64,000 nt of DNA from Okamejei kenojei (lineage: Eukaryota): NCBI GenBank assembly GCA_035221665.1, contig CM069155.1:25668001-25732000 (forward strand). Reading direction: 5' to 3'. The notes below the pieces were generated by a model. It saw nothing but the letters and a program-made list of their open reading frames with translations. It was not told the DNA's origin and ran no database searches. This document shows, piece by piece, positions 1 to 11,685 of this stretch. Both the position numbers and the translations under genes were made by a program. Positions within the stretch are counted from its first letter, which is position 1; every line of letters begins with the position of its first letter.

Positions 1-1213
1 ACCTGCTAGCAGCCGTGAGGTGCCATGTGAATCCCTGATCAGCACCCTACATCCTCCCACAAGTCACACAATTCCAGGATCTGAACTGGTACCCCTCTCT
101 TGTGCTTCCCCAGAAATAAATCACGTATAGCTGAGATCCCAGCACTGATCCTTGTGGACACAGACTTCCAGACAGATTAATACCTCTCCACCACCACATA
201 CTCTTCTATGGAAAAGCCAAGTTTGAATTTAATCTACCAAACCTCGATGGATCCCATGTTACTTTATCTGCAGTTTATTCTATCATGAGAGTCCTTGTTG
301 ATTGCTTTAAAGACATGTGGACAACATTCATTATACTGCCCTCTTCAATCTTATTTGTCACCTCCTCAACAAACAAAGTTTATAAAGCTGCAGCATGATT
401 CCTCACTCCTGTGGGGAAGGGGGTTGGGTGCCATGTGAGCAGAATCACTTCTGAATTGGTCATGATTTAGACAAAAGAAGCACTTTAGCTGCATGGGCTA
501 GTTCATGTGAAGAGTTGTGCTCAACACCCGTATACATGAACAACCCAAGGTGCTGGGAGGGGGTATTTGAAATGGCAGTGAATGGAAGGAAAATCTAGGT
601 ATCGGGAACGTGAAATAGTCATACTGCAGGAAAATACATCCTTTGGCCCGCAGTGCCTGGACTAGCCAGGGTTATCTACCTGTACTCATCACGTCTTTCA
701 ACTCGTGTCCATTGGCCTCTATGACATGATGTTTCAGGTACTTGTTTGAAAGCTTGTGTTGTGAGAGTGCAAGTCAGTGCTTCAGATTAAAGAGTCTTTG
801 TCAGAGCTGGTGTCTGAGGAAGAATCACCATCCCAAAATGTGTTTTGTCCCCATGAATGCTTGACCTCAGTGTGTCCAACATTTTCTGATTACCAGCTTT
901 CCTTCACCTATTGCACCCTTGGGGCTTCTGCAGGGGGTGGGCTCTGGACTGGCCTGACCCCTGTGATTTGCAACATTGCTCTTCATGCATGCTCCGTCTA
1001 TGGAAGCAGCAGATCTTTACCCATTGGTGCAACTGCCTGGGTGAGGTGCAAGAATTTGCCTCCATGACAATAGCAGGCATCTGCAATGTGGTTAAATAAT
1101 CTGTACAAGATAATTCAAGAAATGAAGATGAAGCAAGTTGTTGTTAATCATCAATAAAATAAAACATGGGCATTCACCCTGTGATTGTAACAGTTTGGTT
1201 TGGTATTTTTCAG

Positions 1214-1385
1214 GACACTGGAATTCCCAGAGGGCGCTGTGACTGCATCCCTGGAGGGGGACTTTGAGCTGCGTGGTTTTGGGTTTGAGGCAGCCCCAGA
1301 GCAGCTCCGCCAGCCGCACATCGTTAGAGTGGGGCTTGTTCAGAACAAGATTGTCCTTCCCACCGACTCGCCGGTGTCTGACCAG
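1214..1385 (+). CDS. UPB1: beta-ureidopropionase, coding exon 2 (exon 1 is upstream of the window)
   Basis: Acceptor ttttcag at 1213 and donor gtgcgt at 1386; 172 nt. Translates TLEFPEGAVTASLEGDFELRGFGFEAAPEQLRQPHIVRVGLVQNKIVLPTDSPVSDQ, matching the UPB1 N-terminal region. Confidence 0.96.
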
Positions 1386-1521
1386 GTGCGTGGAATGCGC
1401 AGTTTCACGTTGGTATTGAAATTGCGCCGATGATCACCATGTTTGTGACTGGGGGTGTAGGATTTCCAACACCACGTGTCTGTCTCGGGAAGGTACCAGC
1501 AAGGAACTGATTGACGTAAAA

Positions 1522-1691
1522 GGACACAGTGCTGGAGAAACTCAGGGGGTCAGGCAGCACCTCTGGAGAACATGGATATGTGATGTTTTGGGTATCCAGT
1601 CTGAAGAAGGGTCCCGACCCAAAACGTCACCTATCCATGATCTCCAGAGATGCTGCCTGACTCACTGAATTACTCCAGCACTTTTTGTGTC
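1522..1691. mobile_element. Penelope-terminus-derived foldback element
   Basis: Arms gacacagtgctggagaaactcag...ctggagaacatggata and tatccatgatctccagag...tactccagcactttttgtgtc are reverse complements. A hammerhead-like core lies at 1601. Confidence 0.75.
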
Positions 1692-2149
1692 CTTTTGTCT
1701 GTCTCGGAGTTATGCACTGCATCAGTCTTCCCTCATTACCCCTTTTCACCTGATCAGCTCAATCCCAGTTACTTTTACCTTCGCTCTGATCCACTGTTAA
1801 ATGCATGTGTGCTGTTCAATCCCTCCAGGCAGCATTGAAACTGGCCCACATTCAGTTTACATGGGATATATATAGAAAGTAGACCTTTTCTTTTCCCATG
1901 TAACCATTGGATCTAGTTCAGAGGCCTAGAATCGCATACAGATTAATTGCAGAGACCTGGGTAATGATCTTTGCAGATGGTTTCTCTATGCTTTTTAATG
2001 CTCATAAACCCAATTTTCAACTTCCGCTCCTCACAAATAAACACCTTTTCTGCCTCTTATAGTTCATCTGTAATTTTGAAGAGGGCTTTGAAATTGCCTC
2101 TTGGCTTTCTCGGGAGAGAAGCTTGAAGATCAGGGTTAAAGATAGAACA

Positions 2150-3680
2150 TACGGAATTGGGTAAATGCATAAACTCTTTTACCCAGAATAGGGGAATCAA
2201 GAATTAGAAGATATGTTTAAGGTGAAATGGGAAAGATTTATAAGTTCACAAGTTATAGGAGTAGAATTAAGCAATTTGGCCCATCCCATCTACTCTGCCA
2301 TTCTATCATGGCTGATCTCTGCCTTCTAATCCAATTTTCCTGCCTTCTCCCCATATCCATTAACACTAATTCTAATCAAGAATTTGTCTATCTCTGCCTT
2401 AAAAATATCCACTGACTTGGCCTCCACAGCCCTCTGTGGCAAGGAGTTCCACAGATTAACTACCCTCTGACTAAAGATATTTCTCCTCACCTCCTTTCAA
2501 GAAGTGCCCTTTAATTCTGAGGCTATAACCTCTGCTCCTAGACGCTCCCACCAATGGAAACATCCTTTCCACTTCCACTCTATCTATGCCTTACATTGTC
2601 CTGCAGGTCTCAGAGGCCCCCGCTTCACCCTAAACTCCAGCGAGTAGAGGCCCAGTGCTGTCAAGCGCTCATCATATGCTAACCCACTCATTCCTGGAAT
2701 CATTTTCATAAACCTCCTCTGGAACCTCTCCAGAGCCAGCACATCCTTCCTCAGATATGGGGCCCAAATTTGCTCACAGTACTCCAAATGCAGCCTGACC
2801 AGCGCCTCAAGGTCATACGGAATAGGAGTAGAATTAGAACATGGCTGATCTATCTCTCCCTCCTAACCCCATTCTCCTGCCTTCTCCCCAATACCTCTGA
2901 CACCTGTACTAATCAAGAATCTATCTGTCTCTGTCTTAAAAATATCCACTGACTTAGCCTCCCCAGCCTTCCGTGGCAAATAATTCCACAGATTCACCAC
3001 CCTCTGACTAAAGACATTTCTCCTCATCTCCTTCTTAAAAGTATGTCCTTTAATTTTGAGGCTATGACCTGTAGTCCCAGACTCTCCCACTATAGAACCT
3101 CAGCATTACATCTCTGTTTTTGTATTCCATTCCTCTTGATATAAATGCTAGTATTGAATTGCCTTCCATACTACTGACTTGCAAATTAACTTTTTGGGAG
3201 TCCTGCACCAGCACTCCCAAGTCCCTTTGCATCTCCGATTTCTGGATTCTCTCTCCATTTATAAAATAATCTACGCCTTTATTCTTATTAGCAAAATGCA
3301 TGACTCTGCACTTTGCTACACTGAATTTTATCTGCCTCTTCTCTGCCCACTCTCTTAACCTGTCCAAGTGCTTCTGCAGAGTCCTTTCCTCTGCACTGCC
3401 TGCCCCTCCACCTATCTTAGCATCTTCTGCAAACTTTGTCGCAAATCCTTCAATCCACTTATCCAAATCATATTCCAAATTTAACATTAACCTGAAGGGC
3501 AACTTTATCACACAGAGGGTGCTGGGTATATGGAATGAGCTGCCAGAGAAAGTGGTTGAGGTAGGTACTATAACAACCATCAAAATACATTTGTACAGGT
3601 ACATGGATAGGAAAATGTATGGGATATGGGCCAAACATGGCAGACAAACAAACATATGAAGTGCTGTGTGTCCCAGTTGT
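2150..3680. mobile_element. cluster of CR1 (HER1-like) LINE 3' fragments: two tandem - strand pieces (2245-2806, 2808-3475) flanked by + strand pieces
   Basis: EYCEQIWAPYLRKDVLALERFQRRF, FSQRVVNLWNYLP, KFAEDAKIGG, KFSVAKCRVMHF. Confidence 0.85.
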
Positions 3681-3744
3681 ACTATCATGGACCCAGGAGT
3701 TGGGGTGAGACTGATCTGACCAACCTAGAATAGTCTCCATGTTT

Positions 3745-3985
3745 AAGAAAGAACTGCAGATGCTGGAAAAAATCGAAGGTAGACAAAAATGCTGGAGAAA
3801 CTCAGTGGGTGTGGCAGCATCTATGGAGAGAAGGAATAGGTGACGTTTCGGGTTGAGACCCTTCTTCAGACTGATGTCGGGGGAGGTGGGAAAAAGAAAG
3901 GAAGAGGCTTGTGGGAGTGCTGGGGATGGGGAGGGGAAGGAGGGAGAAAGCAAGAACTATCTGAAATTGGAGGTCAATGTTCATC
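3745..3985 (-). mobile_element. Penelope-like terminus with intact minimal hammerhead motif
   Basis: Reverse complement reads ...catcagtCTGAAGAagggtctcaacccGAAAcgtcacctattcc..., preceded by a MNIDLQF-like ORF end. Confidence 0.78.
3842..3869 (-). ncRNA. minimal type I hammerhead ribozyme-like motif
   Basis: CUGAAGA, extra A, stem II GGGU/cuca/ACCC, GAAA, CG, UC: all core nucleotides present. Activity is not demonstrated. Confidence 0.55.
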
Positions 3986-4614
3986 TAAGGTATCCGAAGG
4001 TCTGTCCACCAATTGTGGAGTATTTAAAATTGGGGCTTTCTCAGAGGCTACAACTGGTGTAATGCAAATCTCAGAGGGTTGTGGGGCTGGTGAATCCTGC
4101 AGAGACAGGGAAGATTGCAGACATGAAGATTTTGGAATGATGCTTGAACCCGTATCTTTTGCTTTTGCCAGGAAGATATTAACGCTGACAACTAAATATG
4201 CGTCCTATTTGTTTCAAATAGCCTATTGCCCACTCTCCTCCTTTCCACTCCTAGTTTCATCTTGTGGTGTTGGTTTCTGCATTTGTTAATTTGGTTTGAT
4301 GCAGGAGCTTTTGTTCAAAAGTAAAGAATAGGAATGAATACCTGGAGGTAATCCTATGGAGGGGTTATGTTTCTTTTTGATTCTAATTGTTACCAACCAT
4401 TTGTGAAATTGTATGTTGCTCAGGTTGGAAATGATTCTGAAGTGAGACCACTGCCCCAGTAGCAGTGAGAGCTTTCGCAGTTCATAAAAGCAGTTAGAGG
4501 AGTGTTAGCCATCGATGCTAATGTGTCTTGTAAATCGCAGATTTTGTACAATGGAAACTTTTGAAGCAAACCAGCTAATGTTCAATGTTTTCATTGTAAT
4601 TTTTTTTACTCTAG

Positions 4615-4702
4615 ATTGCAGCTCTTCACAAACGAATCGGGGACATTGTGGAAGTTGCTGCCATGTGTGGGGTAAACATCATCTGCTTCCAGGAGGCTTG
4701 GA
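4615..4702 (+). CDS. UPB1: beta-ureidopropionase exon 3 (catalytic Glu, FQEAW)
   Basis: Acceptor ctag and donor gtaagt; 88 nt. [29 protein letters not shown], the nitrilase-family Glu motif. Confidence 0.97.
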
Positions 4703-6206
4703 GTAAGTTATCACTTCTTCACAATTGGTCCAATGCAGTAAAATGGGCTGACCCAGTACCCACCCAGCAAGCAGAGTTACTACTCAAGTTTTGTTTAACA
4801 TCCATCTTTGCAATCATGACCCAAATGTGGACAAGAGATCAGTGTACCCTTTGACATGAAGGTGATATTTGACAGAGTGTGAGAACAAGAAACAATGGTA
4901 AAACTGATGTCTGTGGGCATTGAAACGAAAAACTCTACTCTGTTTTAACTACTCTGTTTGCACAAAGATTGACACACATGACGAGTTCAATGTTCTCAGC
5001 CACAGGACATCACTGTAGAACTCCCTTTGACTGGTGTTCTGGACACCAAGATCTTCAGCTGTTTCCATCATGTGCTTTCCTCAATATTATGTCAGAAGTA
5101 GGGAAGTTTGTGATGATTATAGTTTGATCCATTCGTATTGTTTAATAACAAAGCATTGCAAGCGTTAAGACCTCAGCAGCATTTAGCCTTGAGCTGAATC
5201 CACCAGAAAATGGGGTACAGCAGAACTTCAGAAGTATTTTCTCTCGGACACTTGCTGGAGCTTCCACTCAGGTTCTGCTGAAGGGAGTGTGGAATCTACT
5301 GACTCGGCTTCAGTAAGGAGCAATGCTTGGCAAGGTTCGTGGGAAGTCTGGGAAGGGATGAGCTCCTCCATCTGATTTTACTGGGGTTCCTGTACACCCA
5401 AAAGGCTTGGCAGTTCTCTGTGCTGAATGTCGTGCTGAATTGCCCAAAGCTCCATTTTAAATGGTCATGGGCCAAGGATTCCCATTACTAGGAGGGGATG
5501 TTGCAATTTATTTCCCAGAGCTAATTTGAAAATATCCTTGACACTTGAAAATAAAAAACCTTGAGGTCCTGGAAATCGGAAATAAAATAAATAGCTGGAA
5601 ACGCTCAGCTTATCAGGCAGGGACCCTGGGAAGGTTCTTCTGGATACCAGCCAATTACAGCACAATGTTGATGCGATACAATTTGTTGCGTGGCTCCACA
5701 ATGTCTGTGCAGTAAGTCCGAGGTAAGGTTTTGAGTGCAGAAGTGAGAATATCTTACTACAATAAGAAAAAAGCTTTGGAGTAGTGTATGCATTTTTGGT
5801 CTCCTTACTTAAGAAAGGATACTTGCTATTGTGGGGCTGATTCCTGGTAAAGCAAGTCTGTCGTACCAGTGGAGCCTGAGGCACCTGACCTGTATTTACC
5901 CTAGCTTGGGGGTTTAGAAGTGCGGGTTACGTGATAAGGGTAGGACATTTAAGACTGGGATCTGGAAAAAATATTTCACTGAGAGATTGGTCAATCTGAA
6001 GGTGGCGGATGCCAAGTGTCTGAATTTATTTGGGAAGAGTGTTTCAGTTTTGAGGGAGGATTAGAAAGGTTGGGTTTGTTTTTCCCTGTTGGGACCTGAA
6101 AGAGGTATTCAAAATGATGAGGGGCATAGACAAGGAAGATGGTGATAAACTTTTCACCGTAATGAAAACATGTTAAACATTTTCGCTCTGCTTTTATGTG
6201 AAGGTA

Positions 6207-6718
6207 TGAGAGTTTGTCAACAAAATAGAGAGAGTACAGAGGAGATTTACTAGAATGTTGCCAGGGTTCCAGCAACTATGTTACAGAGAAAGGTTGAACA
6301 AGTTAGGTCTTTATTCTTTGGAGTGCAGAAGGTTAAGGGGGGACTTGATTGAGGTCTTTAAAATGATGAAAGGGATAGACAGAGTTGACGTGGATACGTT
6401 TTTCCCATTGAGGGTAGAGAAGATTCAAACAAGAGGGCATGACATGAGAATTAAGGGACAGAAGTTTCGGGGTAACGTAAGGGGGAACGTCTTTACTCAG
6501 AGGGTGGTGGCTGTGTGGAATCAGCTTCCAGCAGAAGTGGTGGAGGCAGGATCGATTTTAACATTTAAGAGTAAAGTGGATAGGTATATGGACGTGAAGG
6601 GAATGGAGGGGTATGGTCTGAGTGCAGGTAGATGGGACTAGGGGAAAACAAATGGTCGGCACGGACTGGAAGGGCCGAGAGGGCCTGTTTCCGTGCTGTA
6701 ATTGTTATATGGTTATAG
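6207..6718 (+). mobile_element. CR1 LINE 3' fragment
   Basis: RLNKLGLYSLECRRLRGDLIEVFK...FTQRVVAVWNQLP and a gttatatggttata tail. Confidence 0.9.
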
Positions 6719-8822
6719 TTTGAGGGGATCTGCTGAAAAATCTTTTCACTTGTGGCAATTGGAATCGGGAATGCAAGGTTTCTGTGAATGCAACTGATTC
6801 TGAGATAGGTGAATCTTCAGTCACATAAGGCATCAAGGAGTATGAGGAGGGAGCAGGTATAGGGTACTGGGATAGAGTCGCCACAAAGGACTGAATGACC
6901 TGCTATGTCTCCACATTTGTGAGCCTGACATTTGGATTAGTTTCTGCCTCTGCTAATAATATATAGTGAAAATTGACAAAGATAAGTGTGAAATAATGGA
7001 GTGACCTGCAAACCAGTTGGGCAAAAAACATTTATTTAAAAAAAAACTGAATTTCATTGATGTAGCCAGAATTCCACAAACAGCACCTACCCTGCTGAGT
7101 GCTTTTATTTCAAACTTTCAGTAATTGCAGTCTTTGATTTTTTTTTTTCCCCCAGTGAAATTGTGTTGCATTCTGTGGTTGGTGTAACTAACCATGTAAA
7201 TCCCTCAGTGTGGGCCTGTATGTCTTCCCTGCAGGGCTAGATGAACACCGTCCTGTTCCTGGGAAGGCATCTCTTTAATCAGCTGGTTTAATAAGCAGAT
7301 GGTCTCATCTGTAGCCTGCCATCAGTTCTGTTTCAATTCTCAGAAAGTGACACAAATTGGAAACTGCTGGTGATTGTAAATTAAACTGAGCATGTTATTC
7401 TGTTTGTTCTCACCCTCGGGCCCATAGTTTGAAACTTTTTTGTGTTTGATTGTTCTCATAATCTTTTGCAAACCATTCAGCTGGATCGCAGCATTGCAGG
7501 TGATTTAATGCCTATGTGACTAAATTTAAAAGGCATGGGAATGATAAATGAAACATGTTCTTGTCATCCATGTGTATGTTGTCTATTAGTTTATTTTAGG
7601 ATAAGTACTAATTTGTTTTAATGTCTGTAACATTGAAAAATGGAAGCATTAAATCTGCTTTCATGGTTTTGAAATCCACACTACTTTTCCAGTGCGCATT
7701 GGATTGAAAGCTCAGTTGTGTTTGTCCAATCCTTTGAATGAATTTAAGCAGTCCTGTAAGATTTGCACTTATTGTCCATCCCTAACTGCCCCGAACTGAG
7801 GAGGCAATTAATGATCGGCAACAGTGGTTGCTCTGGAGTTGTACACAAGCTAGACTGGGTAGTCGGAAGAAGGGTCTCTACCCGAAACGTCACCCATTCC
7901 TTCTCTCCAGAGATGCTGCCTGTCCCGCTGAGTTACTCCAGCTCTTTGTGTCCATCTGGACTGGGCAAGGATGGCAGAGTTCATCAGTGACCCATGTGCC
8001 TCTTTTTGCAGTATTCTCGCTGATTTGAAGTTTATGCTACAGAAGAACTTTAAAATCCTGGAGTTGGTTAATTATTTGAGTTTACGTTGGCCAGTTCTTC
8101 TGAAGAGGAACCTGTATCCGTGGATCATCAAAGATATACACACAAAGTGCTGGAGTAACTCAGTGACTCAGGCAGCATCTCTGGAGAAAAAAGGATGGGT
8201 GACATTTTGGATCCGGGCCATCAGTAGGTAACTCCAACTGCTGGTCTGGATAGGGGGCATTTTTTGTTTGTGTTAACATATTACCAGATCAACATTTGTG
8301 GACGCTCATTTAGTTTTGAGTTATTTATTTTTGTATTGGATTTCCCATACGTGCTCATCTGTGCCAAATCTAGGAACGCAAGAGGTCTGAACCTTTGGTA
8401 TGTAACAACAAGTTGCTGCACTGTTGCACCTGCTGCATCTTCAGATTGCCCATTGAGTTGTCCCCCTGTGTGGCTCGAACAGATATTGCAACGTTTCACA
8501 CAGCGGGACAAATCTGCCTGGTTGCCAAAACTGCCAAGGAGGGAGGGAGACTTTCACGCGTGAGAGCTGGTGATAAGCTTGGTATTAACTGGCTTTCCCT
8601 CTTAAACAGCTTACTGGAATCCCTGGGAAAATCCCACCTTATCTCTATGAACAAATATGAAAATGGTCTGAAGAAGGGTCTCGACCCGAAATGTCACCCA
8701 TTCCTTCTCTCCAGAGATGCTGCCTGTCCCGCTGAGTTACCAGCTTTTTGTGTCTACATTCTGAAAATGATATCCTATTTCGGTGCTGGAGCTCAATGCA
8801 GTGTTTTGTTTCTGTTTTGTAG

Positions 8823-8917
8823 CTATGCCTTTTGCCTTTTGCACCAGAGAAAGGTTGCCATGGACAGAATTTGCTGAATCTGCAGAAGAAGGGCAAACAA
8901 CTAGGTTTTGCCAGGAG
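8823..8917 (+). CDS. UPB1: beta-ureidopropionase exon 4
   Basis: Acceptor ttttgtag and donor gtgagc; 95 nt. (T)[31 protein letters not shown]. Confidence 0.97.
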
Positions 8918-9849
8918 GTGAGCGATTACCTTAAATTCATCCACCGTTTTGTCTGAGCTGCACACTGCCACCTCCAACATATCCGTGCCCACGTATCCCT
9001 GGAAATGGAACGCACTGTCCACGGGGACATTGGAGGCTTCCGCGGGGGGGGGGGGGGGGGGGGGGTCAAGTGCTTTGTGTTGGATATGTGGGTGGGGGAT
9101 AATGTTATAACTTAGCGACTGATGTTTGTAGCTGGTCAGTTTTGATCTTAACAGTACTTTGTAACTGTGATTATGTAATAAAGCTTTAGGGGGGACAAAA
9201 CCTGCCAAAGCCAAGAAGTTCCACTATGTAACAATTTCCCATGTAAACCAAGCACTAATCTGCTGGACAGCAGTGATCCCTGCTCTCCTGCATTCTTCTA
9301 ATACCTGGACTGCTCACAGTAGTCTTGGCAAAGCAGTGGAAAGATACCACCAGCACAACATCTGCAAAAATCCCAAAATACATTGGCAGGATAAGTGAAC
9401 CAAAGTCGGTGTCTTCTCCTAGGCCAATGTCCCCACCACAGAGGGTCTAATTGCACTTGGTTGCCGTGGGCGACATGCTCAACACCAGGCTTCTAAATCA
9501 GGCTCTCCACTTGGAGTGTTATGGGAAAGCAATACCAGGTGAACAAAGGAATAGATTCAAGGTGAGAGGAAAATAACATCCTCCCCAATAAAGGCACAGT
9601 GGGTTGGCAGGTCGTGCAGTATCTCTCAGCTCCAGCACCCAGCTTGATCCTGGTCTCCAGCACCGTCTCTGGGGTTGACCACAAGTGTCTTTCTACGTCC
9701 CAAAGATGTGCAAGTTTGCCACGCTGTCATCTATGCTCACAAATTTAATAGTGTAGGTGGCTGAAAGGGGAATTGATGGAGGGTTGTTAATGTAGTTGGG
9801 AATATGCTTCGGTCAAATCTGCCTTTGGTGACATTTACAGCTGAGTTTT

Positions 9850-10164
9850 AAGTTTCAAAGATATAACATGGAAATGGGTCCTTGGCCCACTGAGTTCACG
9901 CCGACCATCGATCACCCGTTCACACTAGGTTGATGTTATCCCACTTTCATATCCACTCCCTCTCTGCACACTGGGGGCAATTTACAGAAGCCAATTAACC
10001 TACAAAGCCACCCATCTTTGGATTGTGAGAAGAAACCGGAGCACCGGGATGCATTCGCAGGGGGAATGTGCAAACTCCACACAGACAGCATTCGATGTAG
10101 GGATCGAACCCGGCTCTCTGGCAACATGAGGCAGCGCCTCTACCAGCTGTGCCATTGTGCTGCC
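9850..10164 (-). mobile_element. tRNA-derived V-SINE (HE1-like)
   Basis: Reverse complement shows box A tggcacagctgg, box B ggttcgatccc, V-domain gctgtctgtgtggagtttgcacattc...ctccggtttc and a CR1-like 3' tail. Confidence 0.82.
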
Positions 10165-10544
10165 TGAGTGTGCGCCTTCCTCAGTCACATTCTGTGAATG
10201 TTTCCTGATGGTCTTGTTAATCATTTTGAAAGCGGCACTATTTATTTTCCTGTTGTACTCTGGAGCATTTTGTGAACTTTGCTCATATTTAATGTTCATA
10301 ACATCCAGCGTGATGTTGCACATTGGGTTCAGAAATGGGAGCATCAGCCTCGCTAGATTCATGAGCTACAGTGTATTGGAATGTATTTTATGTAGTCAAA
10401 CCTGGCTACTTGTAAAAAAAAAACTGATTTCCAGGGGGAGGGAATAAGTGGGGAACTTTCTGTACAGAAACAAAGTTTAAGAATGGTTGAGGTGAATAAT
10501 TCAAGTTTGTATCATCCTGCCTGATGTTCAGCAAAGACAAGAAT

Positions 10545-11075
10545 GGCAATCCTGATGCATCTCTGTAGGACTTTGGTTGGAGAGTATTTGGAGTTTTGCG
10601 TGCAGTTCTGGTCGCCCCATTACAGGAGAGATGTGGAGGCTTTGGAGAGGGGCTAGAGGAGGTTTACCAGAATGCTGCCCGGGTTAGAGGATTTTGGCTA
10701 CAAGGAGAAGTTGGATAGACTTGGATTGTTTTCCCTGGAATGTCGGAGGTTGAAGGAAGACTTGATAGAAGTATATAAGAGGCAGAGAACGGGGTAGACA
10801 ATCGGAACCATATTTGCCAAGGTGGAAATGTCCAACACGCAAGGGCATAACTATGAAGTGAGAGGAGGAAAGTTCAATGGAAATTACAGTGTTTTTTTTT
10901 TTTACACAGTGCGATGGGGGCCTTGAACACTTTGACAGGTGTGGTAACGGAGGCAGATACGATCGTGGAAGTGCAGGGAATAGAGGGATATGGATTTTGT
11001 ACAGGTGGATGAGATCAGTTTAATGGCCATGTGTAGCACTAACATTGTGGGTCGAAGGGCCCGTTCCTGTGTCTA
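10545..11075 (+). mobile_element. CR1 LINE 3' fragment
   Basis: tgcagttctggtcgccccattacagg...aggtttaccagaatgctgcc...gggtcgaagggcccgttcctgtg. Confidence 0.8.
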
Positions 11076-11540
11076 TAGTGTATCGAGGATATCTTTGTTC
11101 ACTTGATGTGGACGTTGCCAAGTGATTATTGCCCTGAATAGCTCTTCTAAAACCGAGGTTCTGTAGGGCCTTTCAGTAGGTTGGTGGGCAGTGTGGAGTG
11201 TAAGGACTAGTTAATCTGCTGCAGCTTTTGTATATGGTCACCTCTAAGTGTTGCACATTTTCTGTTGGTCTGAGAAATGGCAGGTCAGCACAGTCTGGTG
11301 AAGGTGCAGCGGTGATGAGGATATCTGGGGTTTGAGCGGCCACTTCACACTGTAGTTGTTTATGACTATTCACTGTCTTGCCAGGTGACTTCTGAAATCC
11401 ACTATTTGTAACAATGTCAGAGAGGGCTTGTAATCGTGTACAGGATGTCCTCTATTGAAAGGACATTACTGGCGCTGTGGGATTTTGCACTGATCTACCA
11501 ATACCATGCATATTTTTACAGAATTTTGTTTAAACGGATT

Positions 11541-11685
11541 AGTTGATCTTGCTGCCTTATAGCACCAAATACCCGGGTTTGATCCTGACTACAGATGCTG
11601 TCTGTATGGAGTTTGTACGTTCTCTCTGTGACCGCATGGGTTTTCTCTAGGTGCTTTAATTTCCTCCCATGTTCCAAAGACTTTC
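11541..11685 (+). mobile_element. V-SINE fragment
   Basis: cccgggtttgatcctgactacagatgctgtctgtatggagtttgtacgttctc...ttcctcccatgttccaaagac. Confidence 0.72.

Noticed and set aside
1-1213. Search for UPB1 exon 1
   Set aside because: No matching peptide found. The region looks intronic with old CR1 debris (~80-375), so exon 1 is taken to lie upstream of the window.
9044-9065. Long poly-G/C runs (also ~30110, ~39166, ~45077, ~53020) as G-quadruplex elements
   Set aside because: Homopolymer lengths are unreliable in assemblies and nothing else supports a function.
10095-10164. tRNA-like A and B boxes
   Set aside because: This is the head of a SINE; it continues into the V-domain and lacks a complete cloverleaf.
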